Positions 42,362-53,448 of a stretch of 64,000 nt of DNA are shown here, piece after piece. A program made the translations under genes and the position numbers. This stretch comes from a virus: the IMG/VR virus record IMGVR_UViG_3300022074_000002. One strand, 5' to 3'. The notes beneath the pieces were generated by a model, which was not told the DNA's origin, searched no databases, and saw only the letters and a list, made by a program, of their open reading frames with translations. Numbering within the stretch: the stretch's first letter is position 1; each line of letters opens with the position of its first letter.

Positions 42362-45300
42362 ATGGTTGCTGTAAAAACAAAGAGAATATCTACTCTGATA
42401 GAGACACAGCTTCCTGAGTTCATTAGTACAGAATACGAACTTTTTAGTAAGTTTGTAACGAAGTATTATGAAGCACAGGAGGTACAGGGTGGTACTCTAG
42501 ACATTATTAATAATATTCAAAAATATGCAGACATTGATTACTATGAAAAGAACTTACTTAGACAACACGATACTTTGGATGTTAGTATCACTAATAGTAG
42601 CGACACAATTGTACTACAAGATGCAAGGAGTTTTCCAGAAAAAGACGGATATATTAGAATAGATGATGAGATAATATTTTACGCAACTAGAACTGATACA
42701 ACCTTAAGTGGATGTTCTAGAGGTGTTAGTGGTAATACAAAAATTGGTGATCTATACAGTAAAAGTAATTTTGTAAGTACAACTGCTACAGCACATGCTG
42801 CTGGTCAAACAGTTTACAATATTAGTAATCTTTTTCTTTATGCATTAGTAAAGAATTTTGAGAAACAATATCTAGGTTCATTCCCTGAGAAATATCTTAG
42901 AGGTAGTGTTGATAAAAGAACCTTAATAAAGAACATACAGAATTTCTATAAAGCGAAAGGAACTGATAGTTCTATTAAGTTTGTTTTCAATAGTATTATT
43001 GATAAGGACTTTGATCCTCTTGATCGTACTAACTTAGCACAGTTTGAGTGGTTTATAAAATCTGAGTTTGATAATATTGCCATAGATGTTACAAGTCCAA
43101 ATGGTCAATTTTTAGTTGGTGATAGAATCAAAACCACTACTGCTAGTGGAGAGATTGCTAAGATTGTTAGAAATGATCAGAACGTAATTACAAGAGTATA
43201 TTTAAGACAAGTATCCAGCACCTTCTCTCTTGGAGATAGTGTTACTGGCACTACAGGATCAACATTTACTGCTAGTACAGTATATACATTCCCTAATGGT
43301 ATTTTCTACATCAACTTTGGTAAATTGCCACAGTTATTTGGAGATTTTGAATATGGCAAATATTATTTTGCACCAGAAGGAATAAGGATCTTCCAAAACT
43401 GGCAAATTATATGGAATCAATCTGACCCTTCTAACTTACCGATGCCTATCCATCCAGATGGTCATCCTATGAAGTTTAGTACCACTAGAGAAGGTACATT
43501 ACTTGGTGGTCAACAATATTACAACAGCAAACCTGTTCTTGGTGTCAAGACAAACTACGATAATGAATTCCAACCAGAATTCATGATGAATGTTGATGAG
43601 TCTAATAAGATTTACTATTATTGTGCTTATCATCGTTACATGTCAGGTCTTGATGGTGATGAAGGTTACATGGAGTTGGTTGCTAATACAAGACCAAGAA
43701 AAATTGTAAAACCTGAGGTATACAAACCAAGAGATTTTACATATAAAGCATCTAATGCAGATTGGATAAACGTATATGCACTTAAGTGTAAAGTTATATC
43801 TGGTGATGTAAAAAGTTTAGTAGGAAAGAAAATAGTTCAATCTGATACAGAAGAGTATGACTATGCAGATGCTGTTGTAGACAATGTATATGCAGATGGA
43901 ACTAGAGATGATGAGGTAATCTATAATATAGTTTTAGCACCAGAGACAGTTAATGGTACATTTGGTGTCTCAACTAAGACTCAACTTGAGAAAGTGCTAA
44001 TAGGCACTAAGTCTAAAGGAGATAGGATTGATGTATTCTCTACTACTGGTTGGGATAATACAGGATCAGTATTGATTGGTGATGAGACAATTACATTTAG
44101 TGAAAAGACTGTAGGTCAATTTATTATTGACAATAGATTAGCACAGACTGCTGTGCAGCACGATGTTGGTACACCAGTATACAAACCTGTTACAATAGCA
44201 GGATCTGGTGTCACGTTGTTGACGATGGGTATTGTTTATAATTTACAACCATCAGATCCACAACCATACTCTTTTGTAGGAGATAAGATACAAGTATCTA
44301 ATCCTGGTTTTGAGACTTCTGATTCTAAGATTGTAAACGTAGGAACAAATCAGACTAGATGGATATTAGGAACTGGTGCAGCAGTTAATGTTCCTACATT
44401 ATCTGCAGTTGCTACATCATTAGATCAAGTACCAACAAATGTATCTGCTATACTTGCAGATGATCAGTATTATTATATTGCTAGTTCTAGTTTCCCATCA
44501 CATAAAATTTTAGATGGTTCTACTGTGACACAAACAGTATTGGATCAGAAACTTCTTCGTATTATTAGAAAACAAGCAACTAGAACTACAGAAACATATC
44601 CTACACCTAAGAGAGATATTGGTATTGGATTAAATGGTGTTCCTTTTTATGGTTATAAAGATGCAGAAAGTATTAGATATGGTAAGTTAGAACAAATCAA
44701 GGTTGATCTTCGTGGAACTGGATATGTAAGACCACCATTTGTATTGATTGATCAAGTACCTAATAAAGCAAGAGCAATATTAGCAGGACAAGTTGTAGAA
44801 AGCATAAGTGTGGATACTACTGATGTATTTCCTAGAACTCCAGACGTATTAATTACATCTGGTAGAAATGCTGCTGTTCGTGCTGTAGTAACTGGTGGTA
44901 AGGTCACAAGTCTTATACTTGATAATGCTGGTGAGTTCTATTCTTCACCTCCACAAGTTGTAATTAGAGATAATGCTGGTAGAGGTAGGTTTGCTGAGTT
45001 TGAAGCAGTTGTTAATACTGATGGACAGATTACTGGATTTAATAAGATTGCAGAGGGTAACTTCTATAATCAAAATACTGTAATAGTTGAAATAGTTCCA
45101 GTGGGCAGTGGTGCAACTGGTATACCTCTTCTTAAAGAATGGAATTTTAATAGATATAAAAAATTAGAAACTAAATTAGACACAGAGAATGGTTATGTAT
45201 TTGGAAACAGCAATAACGTATTGGAGTATGGTTATGGTTATGCTGCAAACCCGAAAGCACTTCGTGTTTCTCTTAGTGATAACCTAAACAGTGCTGGAAC

Positions 45301-48300
45301 AGAACCAGCATCTAAATCACACTCACCTATTATTGGTTTTGCTTATGATGGTAATCCAATCTATGGTGCGTTTGGTTATCAAGATCCTTTAGATTCTACG
45401 TCATCTATTACTAGAATGACATCTAGTTATTCTATTAATGGAAATCGTTCTGAAGGACCTGACTTGACAACCTATCCTATCGGAACTTTTGTCAATGACT
45501 ATACCTATACCCACAAAAGTGGCACACTAGATGAAAACAATGGAAGATTTTGCACCACCCCAGAATTTCCGCAAGGAACTTATGCTTATTTCATTACTAT
45601 TGATAGCAATCAAGTACCGCAGTATCCATACATTATAGGAGAGAATTTTTATTCTCTTCCTGTAGATAGTAATTACAATTCTGATATTAACCAGAACGAC
45701 ATTCCTAAAAAAGCAAGACGTTTTTACCAAGCAGGAATGCCACGTAATGGTGATGGTTTTATTGCACAAATAGAAGAAGTAAAACAAGGTAATGTTGAGA
45801 GTGTTAGTGTATTAGATACATCTGCTAACTTCTCTATCAACTCGCAGTTATATTTTGACAATACAGGAACACAAGGTTCAGAAGCAGAAGCAATCGTTAG
45901 TTCTGTAAAAGGTAAAGATGTATCTTACTTACAATCAAAAGAAAACAAGGTTGTTAAACTAACAATCATTCAAAGTGCATACTTATTTGCAGATGATACG
46001 TTATCACAACCGACGTCTGGTGCATCTGGAACTATTGTTGGAACAGTTAAGAATGATAGTACAATTGTATTGAAAAATGTAACTGGTACATTCAATAATA
46101 CTGGTACATTCTCTGCTGCTATTAAGACATTTGATATTTTATTAGATCAAAGAAGTTCTTACACTAAAGGTGCAATATTAAGTTTGACTGATGGTGTAAA
46201 TGCTCCTATTGCTACTGCCGAAGTATTAGAAGGAACGTCTGCCCAAAACGTAGTCCAGATCAAGGTTTTGACAGGTACATGGACTACTGATAACACATAT
46301 TTCATACAGTCTAATGATTTGTTCAATACATCTGGAACTAGAATAGTAACACTCACATCATTGAGTGATGGATTAGAACCATTTGAAGTAAATCAAAGTG
46401 TAGCACTAATAGAAACCACATCCAATCATGGATTGGGAATTGGAGACAATGTAACTATTGACATCAACCCTGATGATGCAACTAAAACAAAAACATACTA
46501 CATTAGAAAGAGATTATATCAAGAGGCAGTTCTAATACCTCCTAATGCAAAGACCAATATTAATTTTACAGGAATAGGAAGATATGAAATCCTTAATGGT
46601 GGTGCTGATTACACAGCTGGCACTTACACTAGCATTGCTCTTACTGGTGGATCGGGATCTGGAGCAACTGCTACCTTTACTGTATCTTCTGCAGGGGTAG
46701 TTTCTGGTATACAGATACAAGATGCTGGTGTAGGATATGCAAGAGGAGATTATCTTGGAGTTGCAGATGAGGATCTAGTAAGATCTGGTGCATCACAATC
46801 AACATCAAGGTTTACAATCTATGTTGGTCATGTAGGTGTTGCTGTTGGTGCAACAAAAGTTACTGTAGATAACGCACAAGGATTTGCAACAGATGACTTT
46901 ATACAAATAGGTCAAGAAGTTTTAAAGATTGCTGGTATTAATGGAAACGATCTTTCTGTAACTAGAGGACAAGAGGGAACTACAGATGTAGATCATTTTG
47001 ATGGACAGGAAGTATCTCTTTACAATGCTCAATATAACTTTACAAATAATTACCAGATCTTTAGTGGTTCACTATCAGGTTACATACAATCCTATGATCC
47101 TATAACACATAAGATAGTTGTTGTATATGATTATGCAACATTAAACACTAATGCAAATAAAGTTGTATTGAGTTCTAGTTTCTTTGATACTAGCACACCA
47201 CAAAGATTGGTTGCTGTTAGATCTGCTGAAGATGTAGTATACAAATTTGAATTCTCAGAAGATAATAGTACATTTGTACCTAACCCTAACATAGATCTAC
47301 AAGAATTTTACAAGTATAAGTTTGATACGTCTCATTCTAGTCTCACTGGGACTTACTTTGATATTAGTCCAAGTAGTAATTACAATTTAATTACAGTAGA
47401 GAAAATTGAATCAACTATATTACCTGGTAATGCTGGTGCATTTACAGATGTTAAGTTTGGATTTGGTTCTAGACTTACTACTAATACATATCAAACAAAA
47501 ACTGGAACAGATTTTACAAACTTCTATTACTTTGATAATAAGAATGTAGTAAACTCTGGAGGATCATACTTTAAACTTGTAACTGATCCTCTACAAGGAA
47601 CTAAGACTATCAATTATGTTACACCAAATCGTTTTGTTTATGATGTTACCAGTACTCCTCTTTGGGATGGTTCTGGATCCATTTCTTATACTACTAATGG
47701 TCAGTTCGCTATCGGTAAGATTAATACAGTCGGAATTATAAATTTAGGATTAAACTATAAGAAAGTTCCAGTTATCACTGGTGTTGATCCTGCAGAGTCT
47801 TACAGAGCAGCAGCAACTGTAACATTTGATGCAGCATCACAAACTATTACAGGAGTTGACATTACAAATGAAGGATCTAACTATGTAAATCCTAAAATTG
47901 TAATAACTAAGTCTGATGGATCAGATGTAAAATTCAATGTTCTTGTAAGAGAAGGTAAAGTCACATCTATTACTGTAGAAAAACCAGGCAGAGGTTATAC
48001 ATATGCACCTGAGATTCTTATTGTAGAAGGTGAGGTAGAAGCATTTGTTGAGAGTACATCTATAGGTGTACCACAGAGTGTAAGAATAACATCTAACGGT
48101 GGAGCATTCCATTTAGATGAAACTGTGTCATCTACATTCCGATCTAACTATGTTCTTGCATTGAAAAATTATAATGGCAACTTTAGAATTGGTGAACAAG
48201 TAGTTCAAAAAATTAATGGTGTAGAAGTATTCAGAGCAACAGTTGTAGATTGGAGATTTGGATCTAATTTACTTAAGGTAGAAAATTCTACTGGTATAGT

Positions 48301-51300
48301 TCGTGAAGATGTTTCTATAGAATCTACAATTATGCCAGTATCTGGTATAGTACAATCTATATTTGTAACTACATTTAGTGAAGAGATTTCTAGTTTTTAT
48401 GATAACTTAGGTTTCTATCAATCAGACAAAGGAAAACTAGGTGTACAAAATCAAAAGATAATAGACAGTTTATTCTATCAAGATTATTCTTATGTTATTA
48501 AGTCAGGAACATCTATTGAGCAATGGCGTGATCTTATCAAAGCAACTACACACCCTGCTGGTTTCAAATTATTTGGTCAAGTTGATATTGAAGCAACTGC
48601 TAATTTTGCAACAAGAGATCAAGGTTCATTAGTTGAGTTGCCTAAAGATCGTACACCTGATGCAACACACTTCACCGTTGTACAACTTTGGGATCCTGAG
48701 AAGAATAAGATTACAGTTGAGAACTCAAGTAGAATTGTTACACAGACTGTACAGAAAGTTGAGAACCAAAGAATACGTAAAGGATTTGGTACTGCTGCAA
48801 CAAGTGAGTTTAATTTTAACGAAGCAGAGGCATTTGAGTTTACATTAGGTGCAGTATTTGATGGAGCATTTGATAATGATGGTAGATTACAAGGAACTAC
48901 TGCATTTACAACTAAGAAAGATGGTGTGGCATTTAACTTAGCAGATAATAAGTTAAAAAATATGATTGTGACTCTTGATGGAGTTATACAAGAACCTGGC
49001 ATTGCATATACTATAAATTCTGGAAATATTACATTCTCACAACCACCTCTTGTTGGCGTTACATTCTATGGTAAGGTCTTTAAATTTAAAGATGAACAAT
49101 ACAATACAAAATACTTTAAAAAATTAAGAAATATATTCCAACGTGGTGGTACATGGATAGATTCTGCAAATCAAATTGAAAGAAATGTACAGTTTATTAT
49201 TGATGAGACTATTGGATATGGTAAAGCAACTCACCCATCATTAGACTGGAGTACCAAACAAGATGATTATGAGGCAAACATCAGAGCAATCTTAGATGCT
49301 TATCAACATGATATTAGATTTGGTGGAAATATCAAGACAATTGATTATGCATCAATCTTTAGTTCGGGTAGTGCTTATCTTTACATTAGGAATTATAAGA
49401 CACAATCTAATGATATATTTGAGTATGCAACTAGATTAGCAAAACTTGCAATTAGGAACTGGGACTTTGTTGATGTAAACATTGCATATGTTCAAGGTCA
49501 GAAAACAATGACTGTCAGCAGCACTAAGAATCTTGCTGTTGGTTTGTTTGTAAGTTCTGGTAAATCATATCCAACAGGAACTAAGATTGTATCTATTGAT
49601 AGTGATACACAGGTCACATTAAACAATGCTGCACTTGCAAACTCTGGTGGTGGCGGTGGTGCTCCATCTGGTACCACTCCTGTATCTGGCACAGGTAGTA
49701 CAACTACTATTGGCACTAGCACTGCACAAGTTCCATTAGGAAGCACATTCACTGTGCCACCTGGTGCAACTGTCACAGTACCTCTTTCTTTCTCAGGTAC
49801 AACACAAGCTAAGTTTGGTTGGAGTGCATTGAACAATGGTATGTTCTATAAAGCAGGAGAGTTGATAGAGAAGAATGAAACAGAAATTATTCAATTAGCA
49901 TTGAATGCAACTCAAACACAGTATCCAAACTTAGGTTGGGGTGGAGGTCCTGGTGTAGCACCATATTATCCTCTTCAAATGAGACCATTGATACAGGCGT
50001 ATGTTTATCATCTTAAGATGGGTGGTAATTTTAAAATTGTAGAGAATGCACAAGCATACTATAAACAAAATGATTATCCTTATGGTGAAGAGTTGTATTA
50101 CGATGCATCATCTTTAGGTGAAGTCCAGAAGGGAATTACTGGAACTGTGGAGTCAACAATTTTCATAATGAATGAAGTTAAAAATAATTGTATACAGGCA
50201 ATGAGAAATCAGTTGTCAATCACAGATCCTAATGTTCTTGTAGATTCTCTAAGTCCTGTATGTGCAGAAGTAGAGAGTACACTTAACACATACCATGATA
50301 TTACTGAGACTATTATTACAGAAGGGCGTGGACTTGTAGAGAAGACACCAGTTAATCAAAATAAGTCTGGTTATTGGACTGGTACAGTAACATATTCTAA
50401 TTACAATATACTTGGTGATCCTTTACTTCCTGTAGAGGAATGCACTACTGTCATCTCTGCAATGGATTCACTGTATGAAAATTTAAGTGATGTTGTAAAA
50501 GAAGAGTCTGTAACAAGAAGTCTACCTGATTATATTGATGGTGAGACCACAGACTTTGAATTATATTGGGATGATAATACTGAAGTAAACACAGAAGAAG
50601 ATGAAGATTTATTCCTTACAATCAATTCAGTATTACAAAGACCTAAGTTTACAGAAAACTATCCATTAAAAGATGCTTACTGGATTGATAGAACTGTTAT
50701 TCCTAACGTAATTAAATTTGATACTGCTCCTATATGGGATCAAGACTTAGGTGCTAAGAGTATTGGTGAACCAACTGCTGTAGAAAAAGTTGTAGGTATT
50801 GGTGTTTCTAATTACAAGAGATTGACAATTGATTTTGAATTGGTAGATGGTGTTAGAAACGGACCTTTCTTAATTCTTGATGTATTAGATGGAACTGTTC
50901 AAAGCATTGAATCCGAAGATAGTTTGTATGTATTCTTAGATGGTGTACTACAAGTAAATGGAAAGGCGTATACTGTTTCAGGTCCTAATATCACATTCCA
51001 TGATTCTATCAAGAAAGATATGCAGATTGACATGCGTTACATCTATGGTAGAGACGTAGGTCAAATATTAAACATATATGACTTTGCACCTGACACTTAT
51101 TTCAGTCAAGGAACTTTCTCATTTGTTGCTTCCCAACAAAACATGGATACTTTGTTAAGTTATACATGGATGGGTGAAAAGATAGGTAATCCTATACATG
51201 TGTGGCAAACAAGAGCAAATGGTACTAAGAATGTAATAGGTGAACTTTCAAACCCAATTAGAACTGGAAACACTGTAGTATTTGAATTAAAATCTCAAAA

Positions 51301-53392
51301 CTCAAATATCGAGTCGGGACTAGATTATACATTTGCATCAAAAGGAAATTACAATAATAGTTTTGTACTAACAGATGCAGATATAACAAATGAGATTTTA
51401 AATCTCAAGAAAGATAGTGATGGTAGAAATATATTAAAAGATCCTAACTCTGATTGGTTTGGAACAGTAGTTGGTAAAACATATGTTGCACCATTTGTAT
51501 ATTTGTCTAATGGAGACAATATTAAAGTAGAAGGTGAGACAGGTTTTAGAAAAATTAAAACTCTCCCTACTGAAACTACAAGTAAAGATGGAAGACCTAA
51601 CGAACAGACATCTGATGATATCTTTGGTTCAGTCTCAGTTGAGACTTATACTGGAATCACGAGAGGAGAAGGTCTTTCTGTCGTTGCAGAAATTCAGAAT
51701 GGATCTGTAATATCTCTTACATGGAACCAGCGTAGTTATGATCCAATTACACAACCAACTGCATATCAGTATTATACACCTCCTGTACTTAAGTTTGAGA
51801 CATTAGATGGTAATGGTGGTGGTGCTAAAGCAAATGTATTAGTAAGTAAGGGTCAGGTAATTAGTGTTGATCTACTTGATGGTGGTTCTGGATATACCAA
51901 AGCACCTAAGGTTATCACAACTAGAAGATTTGATATCTTAAGTGAAAGAGACGTTGGTGTTTCTCTAATCAATGTTGCTATCAATCCATTTGTGGAAACT
52001 GGTGGAATGACTGCTTTATCAGTTGTTACTGAGATTGATGAGTCTGGTCTTACAGGTATTACAGGTGTTAGTTCTCTATCAGTACAGGTAGCGGGTGATG
52101 CTGAGATTGTTCTCGAAAGAGAATTTACTCCTGACGAGATAGAGGTATTCTCTATTGGTGGAGCATTAGATCCACAAAGAGATTATCTAGAACTTAATAC
52201 TAACAGACCTACTCCTGCTAGTGAAGTTCAAGTATTTGAAGGTCCTACTTATGAAGCAACTGTTGTTTCTGCAGAGGTTCAAGATATTGTATCTCTCAAT
52301 TCTATATCTACTGTTTCTAAAGTAATCACACAGACTCAGCAGATTGAGATTCCTAATAATGCAATCAGCAATGTCAACTACTTTGAGAATGCTGCACTAT
52401 TGGATCTTGACTTCCTCATCGGTGATGTTATTGCTTACATTGCTGATACATCTAAGTTTGCTCCTAGTGGTAGATTGATGATTGGTGATGAGGTTATATA
52501 CTATGAGAAGAAGATTAATGATAGATTCTATCAAATCATTAGAGGATATCAAGGAACAACTGAACAAGATTGGGTTGCTGGAACTTACCTCAGACAGATT
52601 GAAGATGTAACAGTTATATCTGCTGGTCTTGTTGAAGTTGAGTCTGAAAGCGATGTTAGAATGGTTAACATTGGACTCGTCGGTTCTGGATTTGAAAGAC
52701 AAGTATTCAGACAAGTAACATCTCCTGATGACTTAGACATTACTAAGGAATCAACTGAAGTTCTTATTGTACCTCCACCTGGCGGTGCAGTTGATGGATA
52801 TGAAGAGACAGCGTTCATTAATGATCCTATACAACAGAGAAATCAGAACCAAGTTGATTTGATTGAAAATGCTCTTGGTAACTATACTGTTACTCAACGT
52901 GATGGAACAATCATTGAAGTAAGAAACGAACTATTTGGAACTAACGAATATATCGGTTCATATATAAAGACTACTGTAGGTTCTAATATAGGAAACTGGC
53001 AGTACATAGCATTTGATGATGGAACTGCTGACGTATCTAACCTAACAATCGCTGATATATCAACATACTATCCATCATTGACTCTTGGTGATTTTGTAGA
53101 TAGAGCAAACTCCTCCTTCACAAAGGCAGGAGATAAGTTCAATCTTGCATTACCATCAATACAAAATCCTGTCGCTATTAGTTCTACAGTAGGAACTATT
53201 GGTGGAAATATTGTTGTACAAGATACAACTTACTTCCCAACAACAGGGTATATTTTACATAACAATGGTACATATACAGGTATAATTAAGTATACTGGTA
53301 AGACTGCTAATACCTTCACTGGTTGTACTAGACATAATGGTGATAATCAGATTGCGTCTGGATCTGAGATAGTACCTATATCAATCGTATAA
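42362..53392 (+). CDS. gp7: baseplate wedge initiator gp7-like giant protein (3676 aa) with inserted domains
   Basis: Between gp6 and gp8; QLPEFI..EY..F..F...YY, IKNI..FYKAKGT..S.KF, HPAGFKLFG gp7 motifs. Confidence 0.8.
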   Translation: MVAVKTKRISTLIETQLPEFISTEYELFSKFVTKYYEAQEVQGGTLDIINNIQKYADIDYYEKNLLRQHDTLDVSITNSSDTIVLQDARSFPEKDGYIRIDDEIIFYATRTDTTLSGCSRGVSGNTKIGDLYSKSNFVSTTATAHAAGQTVYNISNLFLYALVKNFEKQYLGSFPEKYLRGSVDKRTLIKNIQNFYKAKGTDSSIKFVFNSIIDKDFDPLDRTNLAQFEWFIKSEFDNIAIDVTSPNGQFLVGDRIKTTTASGEIAKIVRNDQNVITRVYLRQVSSTFSLGDSVTGTTGSTFTASTVYTFPNGIFYINFGKLPQLFGDFEYGKYYFAPEGIRIFQNWQIIWNQSDPSNLPMPIHPDGHPMKFSTTREGTLLGGQQYYNSKPVLGVKTNYDNEFQPEFMMNVDESNKIYYYCAYHRYMSGLDGDEGYMELVANTRPRKIVKPEVYKPRDFTYKASNADWINVYALKCKVISGDVKSLVGKKIVQSDTEEYDYADAVVDNVYADGTRDDEVIYNIVLAPETVNGTFGVSTKTQLEKVLIGTKSKGDRIDVFSTTGWDNTGSVLIGDETITFSEKTVGQFIIDNRLAQTAVQHDVGTPVYKPVTIAGSGVTLLTMGIVYNLQPSDPQPYSFVGDKIQVSNPGFETSDSKIVNVGTNQTRWILGTGAAVNVPTLSAVATSLDQVPTNVSAILADDQYYYIASSSFPSHKILDGSTVTQTVLDQKLLRIIRKQATRTTETYPTPKRDIGIGLNGVPFYGYKDAESIRYGKLEQIKVDLRGTGYVRPPFVLIDQVPNKARAILAGQVVESISVDTTDVFPRTPDVLITSGRNAAVRAVVTGGKVTSLILDNAGEFYSSPPQVVIRDNAGRGRFAEFEAVVNTDGQITGFNKIAEGNFYNQNTVIVEIVPVGSGATGIPLLKEWNFNRYKKLETKLDTENGYVFGNSNNVLEYGYGYAANPKALRVSLSDNLNSAGTEPASKSHSPIIGFAYDGNPIYGAFGYQDPLDSTSSITRMTSSYSINGNRSEGPDLTTYPIGTFVNDYTYTHKSGTLDENNGRFCTTPEFPQGTYAYFITIDSNQVPQYPYIIGENFYSLPVDSNYNSDINQNDIPKKARRFYQAGMPRNGDGFIAQIEEVKQGNVESVSVLDTSANFSINSQLYFDNTGTQGSEAEAIVSSVKGKDVSYLQSKENKVVKLTIIQSAYLFADDTLSQPTSGASGTIVGTVKNDSTIVLKNVTGTFNNTGTFSAAIKTFDILLDQRSSYTKGAILSLTDGVNAPIATAEVLEGTSAQNVVQIKVLTGTWTTDNTYFIQSNDLFNTSGTRIVTLTSLSDGLEPFEVNQSVALIETTSNHGLGIGDNVTIDINPDDATKTKTYYIRKRLYQEAVLIPPNAKTNINFTGIGRYEILNGGADYTAGTYTSIALTGGSGSGATATFTVSSAGVVSGIQIQDAGVGYARGDYLGVADEDLVRSGASQSTSRFTIYVGHVGVAVGATKVTVDNAQGFATDDFIQIGQEVLKIAGINGNDLSVTRGQEGTTDVDHFDGQEVSLYNAQYNFTNNYQIFSGSLSGYIQSYDPITHKIVVVYDYATLNTNANKVVLSSSFFDTSTPQRLVAVRSAEDVVYKFEFSEDNSTFVPNPNIDLQEFYKYKFDTSHSSLTGTYFDISPSSNYNLITVEKIESTILPGNAGAFTDVKFGFGSRLTTNTYQTKTGTDFTNFYYFDNKNVVNSGGSYFKLVTDPLQGTKTINYVTPNRFVYDVTSTPLWDGSGSISYTTNGQFAIGKINTVGIINLGLNYKKVPVITGVDPAESYRAAATVTFDAASQTITGVDITNEGSNYVNPKIVITKSDGSDVKFNVLVREGKVTSITVEKPGRGYTYAPEILIVEGEVEAFVESTSIGVPQSVRITSNGGAFHLDETVSSTFRSNYVLALKNYNGNFRIGEQVVQKINGVEVFRATVVDWRFGSNLLKVENSTGIVREDVSIESTIMPVSGIVQSIFVTTFSEEISSFYDNLGFYQSDKGKLGVQNQKIIDSLFYQDYSYVIKSGTSIEQWRDLIKATTHPAGFKLFGQVDIEATANFATRDQGSLVELPKDRTPDATHFTVVQLWDPEKNKITVENSSRIVTQTVQKVENQRIRKGFGTAATSEFNFNEAEAFEFTLGAVFDGAFDNDGRLQGTTAFTTKKDGVAFNLADNKLKNMIVTLDGVIQEPGIAYTINSGNITFSQPPLVGVTFYGKVFKFKDEQYNTKYFKKLRNIFQRGGTWIDSANQIERNVQFIIDETIGYGKATHPSLDWSTKQDDYEANIRAILDAYQHDIRFGGNIKTIDYASIFSSGSAYLYIRNYKTQSNDIFEYATRLAKLAIRNWDFVDVNIAYVQGQKTMTVSSTKNLAVGLFVSSGKSYPTGTKIVSIDSDTQVTLNNAALANSGGGGGAPSGTTPVSGTGSTTTIGTSTAQVPLGSTFTVPPGATVTVPLSFSGTTQAKFGWSALNNGMFYKAGELIEKNETEIIQLALNATQTQYPNLGWGGGPGVAPYYPLQMRPLIQAYVYHLKMGGNFKIVENAQAYYKQNDYPYGEELYYDASSLGEVQKGITGTVESTIFIMNEVKNNCIQAMRNQLSITDPNVLVDSLSPVCAEVESTLNTYHDITETIITEGRGLVEKTPVNQNKSGYWTGTVTYSNYNILGDPLLPVEECTTVISAMDSLYENLSDVVKEESVTRSLPDYIDGETTDFELYWDDNTEVNTEEDEDLFLTINSVLQRPKFTENYPLKDAYWIDRTVIPNVIKFDTAPIWDQDLGAKSIGEPTAVEKVVGIGVSNYKRLTIDFELVDGVRNGPFLILDVLDGTVQSIESEDSLYVFLDGVLQVNGKAYTVSGPNITFHDSIKKDMQIDMRYIYGRDVGQILNIYDFAPDTYFSQGTFSFVASQQNMDTLLSYTWMGEKIGNPIHVWQTRANGTKNVIGELSNPIRTGNTVVFELKSQNSNIESGLDYTFASKGNYNNSFVLTDADITNEILNLKKDSDGRNILKDPNSDWFGTVVGKTYVAPFVYLSNGDNIKVEGETGFRKIKTLPTETTSKDGRPNEQTSDDIFGSVSVETYTGITRGEGLSVVAEIQNGSVISLTWNQRSYDPITQPTAYQYYTPPVLKFETLDGNGGGAKANVLVSKGQVISVDLLDGGSGYTKAPKVITTRRFDILSERDVGVSLINVAINPFVETGGMTALSVVTEIDESGLTGITGVSSLSVQVAGDAEIVLEREFTPDEIEVFSIGGALDPQRDYLELNTNRPTPASEVQVFEGPTYEATVVSAEVQDIVSLNSISTVSKVITQTQQIEIPNNAISNVNYFENAALLDLDFLIGDVIAYIADTSKFAPSGRLMIGDEVIYYEKKINDRFYQIIRGYQGTTEQDWVAGTYLRQIEDVTVISAGLVEVESESDVRMVNIGLVGSGFERQVFRQVTSPDDLDITKESTEVLIVPPPGGAVDGYEETAFINDPIQQRNQNQVDLIENALGNYTVTQRDGTIIEVRNELFGTNEYIGSYIKTTVGSNIGNWQYIAFDDGTADVSNLTIADISTYYPSLTLGDFVDRANSSFTKAGDKFNLALPSIQNPVAISSTVGTIGGNIVVQDTTYFPTTGYILHNNGTYTGIIKYTGKTANTFTGCTRHNGDNQIASGSEIVPISIV

Positions 53393-53407
53393 ATAAACGT
53401 ATAAATA
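53388..53407 (+). promoter_or_regulatory. tandem late promoters
   Basis: TATAAATA at 53388 and 53400. Confidence 0.8.
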
Positions 53408-53448
53408 ACTCAGGCACTTAATACAATAACGTCGGAACAGGAAAAACA

